A stretch of 64,000 nucleotides of DNA from assembly GCA_038874655.1 (NCBI GenBank), contig JAVZBY010000001.1, forward strand, positions 202,971-266,970, in the 5' to 3' direction. Below the pieces are notes generated by a model. That model saw only the letters and a program-made list of their open reading frames with translations. It was not told the DNA's origin and searched no databases. Shown here in pieces: positions 18,298 to 27,602 of this stretch. The position numbers were made by a program, and so were the translations under genes. Source of the DNA: Candidatus Woesearchaeota archaeon. GTDB taxonomy: Archaea > Nanobdellota > Nanobdellia > Woesearchaeales > GW2011-AR15. The first letter of the stretch is position 1, and every line of letters starts with the position of its first letter.

Positions 18298-19815
18298 ATG
18301 GATGTTAATGATAATGATATTACTAAACTACAAAAAAAATTAATGTATTATAAAAGAAAGGATATACAAAAAGCGATCTTAAGTTATTGTAAGAATAGAG
18401 AAGTCGGAGTTAGATATAATGATAGTTTTGGCAAAAGACCTGATACTTTGTTTTATGAAAGTGAAATTTTTAATTTTGTTAGAAAAGGAGCAACAAGTTT
18501 TCATCTTTCTGAAGAGAGGTGGAAAGATCCATTAGAACTTAATAATGAATTAAAAAGAGAACAGATTAATAATTTAAGAATAGGTTGGGATTTAGTTTTG
18601 GATATAGATTGTCCCTATTGGGAATATTCTAAACTATCAACATATCTATTTATTAAAGCTTTGAAACATCATGGAATTGAGTCAATAAGTTGTAAATTTT
18701 CAGGAAATAAAGGATTTCATATAGGCGTGCCTTTTGAAACCTTTCCTAGCTCAGTGAATAATGTTTCAATTAAAGACTGGTTTCCAGATGGGCCAAAAAA
18801 AATTGCTTTTTATTTAGTTAATTATATATCAAAAAATTTTATTAAGTATGATGGAAATTTTGTTTTTTTTGATAATATATATAAAACAAAACTTTCAGAT
18901 TTAGTAAAATTAACAGGAAAAAGTGAGAGTGAATTAATTATTAAAAAATGCTCTTCTTGTGATAAAAAAAAATGTATTTGTAAAAAAAATGATTATAAAG
19001 AATATTTTGATAGTTTGTCTATAGTTAATGTTGATACAATATTAATTTCACCACGACATTTATTTAGAAGCCCATATAGTTTGCATGAAAAAACTAACTT
19101 AGTCTCTATGCCTATCCCTTTAGGTAAGATTTTAACTTTTGAAAAAGATTTTGCTTTGCCAGATAAAGTTAGACCAGAAGATTTACCAATTTTTCTAGAT
19201 AGTACAAAAGCTAAAAATAATGAGGCTGAAAAATTGATTATTGCTGCATTTGATTTTGAAAATGAAAAAAACAAAACTTTTAATGGTATTTTTTTAATTA
19301 ATAATATTTTTGAAAAGAAAAAGGATAATGATTATTTAATAAGTGGTAATGAAATTCCAGTCGAATTATTTCCTCCTTGTATTTTGAAAATTTTAGAAGG
19401 TTTAGAAGATGGTAGAAAAAGGTCTTTATTTGTTTTGTTGAATTTTTTAAGGAATATGAATTGGAATTATGATAAAATAGAATCTTTCTTATTTGAATGG
19501 AATAAAAAGAATAAAGAACCTTTAAAAGAGAATATAATTAAATTGCAAATAAGATATCATAAACAAAAAAATGGAAAATATTTGCCCCCAAATTGTAAAC
19601 AATATTATCAAGATTTTTCTGTATGTAACCCTGATTCTTTATGTGAAAAAATAAAAAATCCTGTTCAATATGCTAAAAAAAGGATGTTATTATTAAATAA
19701 GGTTTCAAAAAAGAGAAATAGAGAAAAATTAACAGAAGAGCAAAAAGAAATGAGAAGAAAATATAGAGAAAAATTAAAAAAAGAAAAACTTAATAAGGAG
19801 CAAGAAAATAAATAG
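18298..19815 (+). CDS. Fused archaeal DNA primase small+large subunit (PriS-PriL)
   Basis: WDLVLDID, FSGNKGFH, HLFRSPYSLH (PriS); FPPCI, PPNC, CNPDSLCEKIKNPVQY (PriL Fe-S domain). Confidence 0.9.
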   Translation: MDVNDNDITKLQKKLMYYKRKDIQKAILSYCKNREVGVRYNDSFGKRPDTLFYESEIFNFVRKGATSFHLSEERWKDPLELNNELKREQINNLRIGWDLVLDIDCPYWEYSKLSTYLFIKALKHHGIESISCKFSGNKGFHIGVPFETFPSSVNNVSIKDWFPDGPKKIAFYLVNYISKNFIKYDGNFVFFDNIYKTKLSDLVKLTGKSESELIIKKCSSCDKKKCICKKNDYKEYFDSLSIVNVDTILISPRHLFRSPYSLHEKTNLVSMPIPLGKILTFEKDFALPDKVRPEDLPIFLDSTKAKNNEAEKLIIAAFDFENEKNKTFNGIFLINNIFEKKKDNDYLISGNEIPVELFPPCILKILEGLEDGRKRSLFVLLNFLRNMNWNYDKIESFLFEWNKKNKEPLKENIIKLQIRYHKQKNGKYLPPNCKQYYQDFSVCNPDSLCEKIKNPVQYAKKRMLLLNKVSKKRNREKLTEEQKEMRRKYREKLKKEKLNKEQENK

Positions 19816-19866
19816 AAATAATAAATTTAATTTTAAGTAAAAAACATAATTTTTTTGATTGTTAAA

Positions 19867-20661
19867 ATGAGGATTATAAGAAAAGAGCACAAAGGTGAAA
19901 ATGGTAAAGTTTTAGTTATTGGAGGTAGTAAAGATTATGTTGGAGCTCCAGCTTTTGTTGGTTTAGCAGCTTTGGCTACAGGAGTTGATATAGTTACAAT
20001 ATGTGCTCCTGAAAAAGTTGCATGGACAATTAATTGTTATAGCCCAGATTTAATCACAAAAAAGTTTTTAGGAGAGGAATTAAATTTAACTCATTGTAAA
20101 GAAATAATTTCTTTGAGTGAAAATTTTGATGTTGTTGTAATAGGAAATGGTTTAGGTCTAAATAAGGAGTTTGTTTTTAAATTAATAAGGGAAATAAAAA
20201 AACCGTTTGTTATTGATGCTGATGCAATTAAGGTATTAAATTTGGAAATTGTTTCTAATAGCGTTATAACACCCCATATAAAAGAATTTCAGATGCTTTA
20301 TCAAAATACCATGAAAAATGAGCAATGGGATGAAATTGATATAGAAATTAATATAAAAAATATACAGAAATTTATAGGCAATAATGTAATTTTACTTAAA
20401 GGGCAAAAAGATATTATTTTTAGTAAGCATAGAAGAAAAGAAAATAAAACAGGCCATAATTCGATGACTGTAGGTGGCACAGGAGATATATTAGCAGGAT
20501 TATGTGCTGGATTTTTAGCACAAACAAAAAATTTATTTGAATCTGCAGCTTATGCAGCTTATGTTAATGGTAAAGCTGGAGAATTTATGTTTAAACAAAA
20601 AGGATATGGGTATACTGCATTTGATATGGTAAAAGAACTTTGGAGATTTACTAAGCTTTAA
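19867..20661 (+). CDS. nnrD: NAD(P)H-hydrate dehydratase
   Basis: HKGENGKVLVIGGS, IGNGLG, VIDADA, TPH, LLKG, GGTGDILAG. Confidence 0.9.
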   Translation: MRIIRKEHKGENGKVLVIGGSKDYVGAPAFVGLAALATGVDIVTICAPEKVAWTINCYSPDLITKKFLGEELNLTHCKEIISLSENFDVVVIGNGLGLNKEFVFKLIREIKKPFVIDADAIKVLNLEIVSNSVITPHIKEFQMLYQNTMKNEQWDEIDIEINIKNIQKFIGNNVILLKGQKDIIFSKHRRKENKTGHNSMTVGGTGDILAGLCAGFLAQTKNLFESAAYAAYVNGKAGEFMFKQKGYGYTAFDMVKELWRFTKL

Positions 20662-20791
20662 TTTTTTTATTTTTAAGAAATTATTTTTAATTTATTTATA
20701 AACTTTATAAATACATTTATAAATTAAAAGTCTTTCTTTTTAAATAAAATTTAAATTAAAGAATATTAATTTTAAAAACGGGGGTGTAATT

Positions 20792-21349
20792 ATGCCAGAT
20801 GAGAAAAAAGAAGATAGACATATAGAAATTGTTAATATAGTTGTTTCTACAAGTTTAGAACATGATATCCCATTAGAGAAGTTAGCAGCAACATTAAGCA
20901 ATACAGAATATAATCCAGAGCAATTTCCTGGTTTAGTTATAAGAATAAGAGACCCCAAAACATCAGCTTTGATATTTAGTTCTGGAAATGTTGTTTGTAC
21001 AGGAGCAAAAAGTATGGAAAAAGTAGAACAATCTATTGATAAGATAATAAAAAGCTTGAAAAAGATAGGAATAAATATTACAATTAAGCCAGTAATAAGC
21101 ATTCAAAATATGGTCGCTTCAGGTAGTATTGGAATGGATTTAAATTTGAATGTTTTAGCAATGAAATTAGATAATACTGAATATGAACCAGAACAATTTC
21201 CAGGATTGGTTTATAAATTGGATGAAGCAAAAGCAACATTTTTATTGTTTAGTAATGGAAAGATTGTTTGTACAGGAACAAAGAGTGAAAAAGAAGTTCA
21301 TGAAGCAGTTGATAAATTAATAATAAATTTAAAAAAGGTTAATAAATAA
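20792..21349 (+). CDS. tbp: TATA-box binding protein
   Basis: Two repeats YNPEQFPGLV...LIFSSG and YEPEQFPGLV...LLFSNGKIVCTG. Confidence 0.97.
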   Translation: MPDEKKEDRHIEIVNIVVSTSLEHDIPLEKLAATLSNTEYNPEQFPGLVIRIRDPKTSALIFSSGNVVCTGAKSMEKVEQSIDKIIKSLKKIGINITIKPVISIQNMVASGSIGMDLNLNVLAMKLDNTEYEPEQFPGLVYKLDEAKATFLLFSNGKIVCTGTKSEKEVHEAVDKLIINLKKVNK

Positions 21350-21490
21350 AATATCTAAAATTTTTTTTATTTTTGTGTTTTGATTGGTCTATTGTTTATA
21401 TTGCTAAATATATTTTAAAAATTAAATTTTTGATTGTTTATATATTATTAATTAAATGTTTAAAAATAGATTTATTATTTGTTATTTAAA

Positions 21491-23506
21491 ATGGAAGCAA
21501 CAGACATAATAAAAAGGTTTTATGATTTTTTGGAGAAGAATTATTTAAAAGATATTTCAGATAGAGCATTTAAAGGTGAGAATTTCATTGTTGTGGATTT
21601 TAAATTGCTTTCTGAATATGACCCAGATTTGGCAAATTTACTATTAGAAGAACCAGAAGAAGTGATTAAAGGCGGAGAATATGCTTTACAGCAAATTGAT
21701 GTAGGTAAAGAATTAAAAAATTTTAATATAAGAATAAAAAATTTGCCATTAACTTCTGAGGTTATGATTAAAGATATAAGAAGTATTCATCTTAATAAAT
21801 TTATTTTAGTAAAAGGATTAGTTAGACAAAAATCAGATGTTAGGCCACAAGTTGTTAATGCAAGATTTGAGTGTCCTGCATGTGGTAATATTGTTTCTGT
21901 TTTGCAACATGATACAAAATTTAAAGAACCTGATAGATGTGGATGTGGTAGAAAAGGGAAATTTAAATTATTAAGCAAGGATTTAGTTGATGCACAAAAG
22001 ATAGTTTTAGAAGAAGCACCAGAAGATTTAGAAGGAGGGGAACAACCAAAGAGATTAGACATTTTTTTGAAAGGAGATTTAGTAAGTCCAATATCTGAGA
22101 AAAAAACAAATCCAGGAAGTAAAATTATTGTTAATGGTATTTTAAAGGAAGTGCCCATTCCAGCTAAAGATGGAGGTAAATTAACTAGATATGATTTGAT
22201 GATAGAAGCAAATTATATAGAGCCTGTAGAAGAAGATTATACAGAAGTTAAAATTAGTGAAGAAGAAGAGCAAAAAATAAAGGAATTAGCTAATGATCCA
22301 AAAGTATATGAAAAAATAATTAATAGTTTAGCACCAACTATTTATGGTCATGAAAAAATAAAGGAAGCATTGTTATTACAAGCATTAGGTGGTGTTCGTA
22401 AAAAAAAACAAAAAGGTTCTATAACTAGGGGAGATATTCATGTTTTATTAATAGGTGATCCTGGAGCAGGTAAATCTCAATTATTAAAAAGAATTTCGCA
22501 AATAGTTCCTAAAGCAAGATATGTTTCTGGAAAAGGTGCATCAGGAGCAGGATTAACTGCTTCTGTGGTTAAAGATGATTTTATTAGGGGTTATGCATTA
22601 GAAGCAGGAGCATTAGTTTTAGCTAATAGAGGTTTATGTTGTATAGATGAATTAGATAAGATGAGTAAAGAAGACAGAAGTGCAATGCATGAAGCATTAG
22701 AACAGCAAACAATAACAATTTCTAAAGCAAACATTCAAGCAACTTTAAGAGCAGAAACAACTGTTTTAGCAGCAGCTAATCCTAAATTTGGAAGATTTGA
22801 TCAATATGAATTAATTTTTAAACAAATTGATTTGCCACCAGCATTAATAAGCAGATTTGATTTGATATTTCCCATAAAAGATATTCCTGATGAAAAAAAG
22901 GATGAAGAAATGGCAAAATTCATTCTTGAATTGCATAAACAGAAAGAAGAGGTTAAAACAGAGTTAGACGCAGACTTTTTAAAAAAATATATTTCTTATG
23001 CAAGACAAAATGTTCAACCTGTTTTAAGTGAAGATGCATCAGAGGAAATATTAGCTTATTTTGTTAAAATGAGAAAATCAGGAGTAGAGGATGGAAATTT
23101 TAAATCTATTTCAATTACAATGAGACAATTAGAAGCACTAGTTAGATTAACAGAAGCATCTGCAAAAGTAAGATTAAGTGAAATTGCAACAAGAGAGGAT
23201 GCAATAAGAGCAATTGAATTAGTTCATTATTGTTTAACACAAATAGGGATGGATCCTGAAACAGGAAAAATAGATATTGATAGAATTTCTTCTGGTGTTC
23301 CTGCATCAGAAAGAAGTGCAATTAGTACTATAAAAGACATAATCAATAATTTAAGTGTTAAATACAAAGAAATTCCAATAGATGAGATTATAAACGAGGC
23401 AAAAGCAAGATCAATGAAAGAAGATAAAATAAATGAGATAATTGAAAAATTAAAAAGATCTGGAGATATTTTTGAACCAAAAAAAGATTTTATATCGAAA
23501 ATATGA
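21491..23506 (+). CDS. mcm: MCM replicative helicase
   Basis: Zn finger CPAC...CGC; GDPGAGKS Walker A; IDELDKM Walker B; SRFD arginine finger; C-terminal wH. Confidence 0.97.
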   Translation: MEATDIIKRFYDFLEKNYLKDISDRAFKGENFIVVDFKLLSEYDPDLANLLLEEPEEVIKGGEYALQQIDVGKELKNFNIRIKNLPLTSEVMIKDIRSIHLNKFILVKGLVRQKSDVRPQVVNARFECPACGNIVSVLQHDTKFKEPDRCGCGRKGKFKLLSKDLVDAQKIVLEEAPEDLEGGEQPKRLDIFLKGDLVSPISEKKTNPGSKIIVNGILKEVPIPAKDGGKLTRYDLMIEANYIEPVEEDYTEVKISEEEEQKIKELANDPKVYEKIINSLAPTIYGHEKIKEALLLQALGGVRKKKQKGSITRGDIHVLLIGDPGAGKSQLLKRISQIVPKARYVSGKGASGAGLTASVVKDDFIRGYALEAGALVLANRGLCCIDELDKMSKEDRSAMHEALEQQTITISKANIQATLRAETTVLAAANPKFGRFDQYELIFKQIDLPPALISRFDLIFPIKDIPDEKKDEEMAKFILELHKQKEEVKTELDADFLKKYISYARQNVQPVLSEDASEEILAYFVKMRKSGVEDGNFKSISITMRQLEALVRLTEASAKVRLSEIATREDAIRAIELVHYCLTQIGMDPETGKIDIDRISSGVPASERSAISTIKDIINNLSVKYKEIPIDEIINEAKARSMKEDKINEIIEKLKRSGDIFEPKKDFISKI

Positions 23507-23532
23507 TTTTTTAATATTATAATGAATAAATA

Positions 23533-24144
23533 ATGATGAAATTTAAAATGGAAAAACTTACAAGTGCATCAAAAAGATTATGGATAAAAGATGTTTTAAA
23601 TTCAACAACTGTTAAAAAGGAAAACTTGCCTAGCTTTGTTTTAACTAATTATGGAGCCTTTTATAAAATATTTCTTATGGGTGTTATTGTTTCTTTAGAT
23701 GAAAATGGATTTTTGATAGATGATGGCTCGGGAAATATTTTAGTTAGATTTTTTGATAAAAAAAAGGATATATTTAATTTAGGAGATATTGTTTTAGTGA
23801 TAGGAAGAGTTAAAGAATTTAATAATGATAAGTATATTACAGGGGATATAGTTAAAAAGGTTAATAGAATTTGGTTTGATTTGCATAGAGAAATTCTGAA
23901 AATACAAGCAAAAGAAAAAATAGATCTACCCATTGAAAAAAATGTTATAGATGAAGAGATTAAATTAGGTCCATATCAAAAGATTTTAAATGCAATAGCA
24001 GTATTAGATAAAGGTGATGGAGTAGATATCAATGAAATTATTGAATTTATTAATATTTCCAATAGTGATGAAATAATAAATACCTTAATTGAAGAAGGAG
24101 AAGTTTTTGAAATATCCCCAGGAAGAATAAAATTACTTAACTAA
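23533..24144 (+). CDS. RPA32-like OB-fold ssDNA-binding protein with C-terminal winged helix
   Basis: IDDGSGNI, GDIVLVIGRVKEF OB motifs; LIEEGEVFEISPG wH; next to mcm. Confidence 0.8.
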   Translation: MMKFKMEKLTSASKRLWIKDVLNSTTVKKENLPSFVLTNYGAFYKIFLMGVIVSLDENGFLIDDGSGNILVRFFDKKKDIFNLGDIVLVIGRVKEFNNDKYITGDIVKKVNRIWFDLHREILKIQAKEKIDLPIEKNVIDEEIKLGPYQKILNAIAVLDKGDGVDINEIIEFINISNSDEIINTLIEEGEVFEISPGRIKLLN

Positions 24145-24184
24145 TTTTTTTATAATTGTTAGAACTTATATTTTTTTTTAGTTA

Positions 24185-24754
24185 TTAATTATTAGTTTGT
24201 TTATTATTATTTTCTTTATTATCTTTTATTAAATGGTATAAATCTTTGTTTAATGTTATCATTTTTGTTTTTCCTAAATCAGATTTTTCAACAATTCCTT
24301 TTTTGATAAGATTTTCTATTATTCTGTGTGATTTAACTTTTGTAAAGCCTTCCATATAAGTAATTTCCATTTGTAATATCTTTCCTTCGTTTTCTACAAT
24401 TTTTTTTATTACTTTTCTTTCATCTGTGTTTAATAATTTTAAAATAATCTCACCATTATGTTGTATTATTTCTTTATTTTTTTCAATATCTTTGCTCATA
24501 ATATAGTATATTAGCAAACCAATCAATATACCAAAGAAACTAAATAAAGGAACTAAATAAAAAAAAGGTAAATGGTCTTTTGCTTGTTTGTTATAAATGT
24601 ATTGAATAATCTCTTCTTTTGTCATTAATTCAATTTCAGTAATATCAATTTTTCTTTCTTCTCTTATTTGATTAAAAAATAAAATAATTGTTATTAATAA
24701 TAAAATAAATGAGATGATTATTATAGAAACAACAAAGAATTTTTTTTTATCCAT
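24185..24754 (-). CDS. Membrane-anchored winged-helix transcription regulator (2 TM plus C-terminal wHTH)
   Basis: Two hydrophobic helices, then LNTDERKVIKKIVENEGKILQMEI...KVKSHRIIENLIKKGIVEKSDLGKT. Confidence 0.78.
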   Translation of the reverse strand: MDKKKFFVVSIIIISFILLLITIILFFNQIREERKIDITEIELMTKEEIIQYIYNKQAKDHLPFFYLVPLFSFFGILIGLLIYYIMSKDIEKNKEIIQHNGEIILKLLNTDERKVIKKIVENEGKILQMEITYMEGFTKVKSHRIIENLIKKGIVEKSDLGKTKMITLNKDLYHLIKDNKENNNKQTNN

Positions 24755-24796
24755 AACTATTAAGATTTGATATAATTTTAAAAATATTTTCATTAA

Positions 24797-24855
24797 GTTT
24801 CATTTTTTTATTTAATGGTTTCAGCAATTTAATAATATGGTTTCATCTTTATATA
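24797..24855 (+). promoter_or_regulatory. Three phased GTTTCA direct repeats followed by TATA box TTTATATA
   Basis: GTTTCA at 24797, 24818, 24840 (21/22-bp period; last two are ATGGTTTCA); TTTATATA at 24848-24855. Confidence 0.55.
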
Positions 24856-24922
24856 ACTATGTGGCAAATAAAAAAAAGATAAAATAAAAAATAAAAATTA
24901 AAAAAGCCACGGAGGAATAAAA

Positions 24923-25402
24923 ATGAAAAAAATATTATATGGAATAATGCTATTATTCCTAGTAGGGATAATTTCATTAGGAGTAATAGCTTATAGGGGA
25001 ACAACACAAAAAGGCCCAAATTATAATGAGGCTGTCCATGAGCAATTAGAAAAAGCTATTGAAGAAGGAGATTATGAAACATGGATTAAAATAAGACAAG
25101 AAAATAACTTACCAACAAAAGGAAAAATTTTTCAAGTAATTAACAAGGACAACTTTAATAAATATGTAGAGTTGCATAATGCAGTTCAATCTAATGATTT
25201 AGAAAAAGCAAATGCAATAAGAGCAGAGTTAGGATTAGGTCAGGGACAAATGAAAAGAGGCAATACACAATTAACTAATAACCAAGGAAAAATGATGAAA
25301 GGACAAGGAATTAATCCACAAGGAAAGGGCCAAGGTTCACAAGTAAGACAAAGAAGTTTTGTTGATGCAAATGGAGATGGCATTTGCGATAATTTAAATT
25401 AA
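24923..25402 (+). CDS. Secreted hypothetical protein with Gly/Gln/Met-rich tail and DANGDGICD motif
   Basis: GGAGG SD; signal peptide; helical core; DxNxDG calcium-loop-like C-terminus. Confidence 0.75.
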   Translation: MKKILYGIMLLFLVGIISLGVIAYRGTTQKGPNYNEAVHEQLEKAIEEGDYETWIKIRQENNLPTKGKIFQVINKDNFNKYVELHNAVQSNDLEKANAIRAELGLGQGQMKRGNTQLTNNQGKMMKGQGINPQGKGQGSQVRQRSFVDANGDGICDNLN

Positions 25403-25525
25403 AAGTAAAAAAATTTTTCTTTTTTTCTTTTTTTAAAATATAATTATAAAAAAATATTTAAACTAGTTTTAATGATTAATTTTTAGTTTAATTTTAATAT
25501 ATTTAAATTTATATTGGTGGTAAAA

Positions 25526-26272
25526 ATGAAAAAAATATTTGTTTTTTTTGTTTTATTGTTTATGGCATTTTATTTAGTTTTTGGTCAAAAGGGTGTACAT
25601 GAACCAGGAACAGGTTTAACAAATCCAGAGATTAAAGAAGCAGGACAAGGAACTGGGCAAGGATTACAAGAAAATGTAGAAACAGAAACACAAAATCAAG
25701 GTCAAGAGAATGAGATAAAAACAAAGAACCAAGAACAAGTTAGTAATCAGCAAAATCAACAAACAAATCAAGGTAATGGAGATAATCAACAAGTTATGGA
25801 AAGAAAACAAGAAAGAATAATGCAAAACCAAAATCTTGAATTAAGTAATGGAAAAAAATTAGAAGTGCAAGTAGAAAACAATGAGCAATTTAGGTTAAGA
25901 GCTAATAATGTAGAAGCAAAAACTAAAATTAATATGATGCAAGAGCAAACGCAAGAAGGTGTAAAATTACAAGTACAATTAAGTAATGGAAAAAACGCAG
26001 AAGTTAAAGTAATGCCAGACACTGCATCAGAAAGAGCAATCGAAAGATTAAGATTAAAAGTTTGCTCAGAAGAAAATAATTGTCAAATTGAATTAAAAGA
26101 AGTAGGCTCTAGAGAAAATATAAGAGTAGCATATGAAATAAGAGCCGAAAAAGAAACTAAACTATTTGGTTTATTTAAAGCAAAAATGCAAGTTAAAGCT
26201 CAAGTTGATGCAGAAAATGGAGAAGTTGTTCAAGAATTTAAACCATGGTGGGCATTTTTAGCAAAAGAGTAA
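25526..26272 (+). CDS. Secreted Gln/Asn-rich hypothetical protein with PepSY-like C-terminus
   Basis: Signal peptide, Q/N-rich linker, AYEI...QVDAENGEVV...KPWWAFL. Confidence 0.7.
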   Translation: MKKIFVFFVLLFMAFYLVFGQKGVHEPGTGLTNPEIKEAGQGTGQGLQENVETETQNQGQENEIKTKNQEQVSNQQNQQTNQGNGDNQQVMERKQERIMQNQNLELSNGKKLEVQVENNEQFRLRANNVEAKTKINMMQEQTQEGVKLQVQLSNGKNAEVKVMPDTASERAIERLRLKVCSEENNCQIELKEVGSRENIRVAYEIRAEKETKLFGLFKAKMQVKAQVDAENGEVVQEFKPWWAFLAKE

Positions 26273-26314
26273 GTTTAATATTCTATTTTTATATTATTAT
26301 TCTTTTTTTATTTT

Positions 26315-27166
26315 TTAAAAAAATATAGGCGTAACATATACTTCTAACCATGCAGCTATAACAAGCAATATTAAACTGCCTAATATTAATATAGACGAAT
26401 CCATTATTATATTTACATATTTTTTTGTTCCAAAATCATGTCTTATTACCGCAGTTGAAATAATGCCTCCTGCTAAGCCAGCAATAACATAAGCAAGTAT
26501 TTCTGGGATACCATGAATAGAATATCTTAATAATCCATAAGAGATTGCACTTAAATAATGTGGTGTAGTAGCTAAATGAAATTTTTCGCCAATTTGATAA
26601 ATGCCAGTTTTTATTGTATCTCCTATTGCAAAACCAATAACAGAGGCATTCCATGTTAATATGAATATTGCACCAATCCCATATAGAAAAGAGAATAATA
26701 AACAAAAAGCAAGTACTTTTACATTATTAGCTAAAATAGAAGCAAAGAAATTAAAACTATTATAAGCTTGTCCAGTAACATTGCTTCTTATATTTAGGAT
26801 AGCATCTATTTGAATTCTAAATATTGTAGAAGAAATTTTTTCAGGTAATATTAAATATGCTAATGAAAAAGCTAATGTTGCGCCCAAAAAATAATAAAAA
26901 AAAACTTTTAATGCTTTTGAATGTTCAATTAATAAATTTAGTTCATTAATATCTTGTAAGTCTTTTTTTTCCTCTATTTTTAGAATATTATATATTAAAG
27001 GAATTATAGCCATAGTAGTTAGAAAAACCATTATTAATGAATTATGTTCATAAAATATCCAATAACCTAATATTATTCCTAATATTACATAAAAAGCACC
27101 AAAAAAAAATATTCTACTAGGTTTTGTTTCTGCGGTTATAGGATCTGTTATATATTCAATTACCAT
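26315..27166 (-). CDS. SpoIIM-family (DUF95) integral membrane protein
   Basis: ILANNVKV, ILTWNASVIG, HGIPEILAY, IAAWLEVYVTP. Confidence 0.85.
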   Translation of the reverse strand: MVIEYITDPITAETKPSRIFFFGAFYVILGIILGYWIFYEHNSLIMVFLTTMAIIPLIYNILKIEEKKDLQDINELNLLIEHSKALKVFFYYFLGATLAFSLAYLILPEKISSTIFRIQIDAILNIRSNVTGQAYNSFNFFASILANNVKVLAFCLLFSFLYGIGAIFILTWNASVIGFAIGDTIKTGIYQIGEKFHLATTPHYLSAISYGLLRYSIHGIPEILAYVIAGLAGGIISTAVIRHDFGTKKYVNIIMDSSILILGSLILLVIAAWLEVYVTPIFF

Positions 27167-27412
27167 TTTTTAATTTATTTTTATTTCTTTACTTTTGTGT
27201 ATTAATTATTTATATTATCTTTATAATTTTTTTCATTTATTTCATTGTTTTTATATTTAATGTATATTAATTTATTATTATATTAATTTTAATTTTTCTG
27301 AAAACAATAAATATCGTAATATTTATAAATCTTTTATATTTTCATTTGATTACTTAAATTTAAAATATTATACAAAACACAAATAACAATTAACTAAATA
27401 TTAACTAAAAAA

Positions 27413-27550
27413 CAAATAAATTCAAACATAAAATGAATTTATTTGACCTGAAAAGGTTTCCTGAAAGATTTTCTTAAAGGAAGCCAAGAATAGGTCAGTT
27501 TTAATTGAAGTAAATAAATTAAATGGCCTATTCTTAAATATGATTAAGAA
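27413..27550 (+). ncRNA. Putative structured 5' leader of the rpl3 operon
   Basis: Several complementary segments: 27413-24/27434-45, 27455-62/27478-85, 27444-50/27491-97, 27486-97/27524-35, 27531-37/27544-50. Confidence 0.55.
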
Positions 27551-27602
27551 ACATAAAATAAACTAAAACACATTTAAATAAAAAACATAAGGAAGATAAA
27601 AA

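Noticed and set aside
20740-21102. Antisense ORFs overlapping tbp, mcm, ribosomal and other genes (many in the track)
   Set aside because: Shadow ORFs on the opposite strand of well-supported genes; F/L/I/S-rich with no motifs
21491-23506. Intein in MCM
   Set aside because: Length and motif spacing are those of an uninterrupted MCM; no intein splice motifs
27440-27540. Leader considered as tRNA, SRP RNA or RNase P RNA
   Set aside because: No cloverleaf or TTCG T-loop, no recognisable SRP helix-8 motif, too short and AT-rich for RNase P RNA
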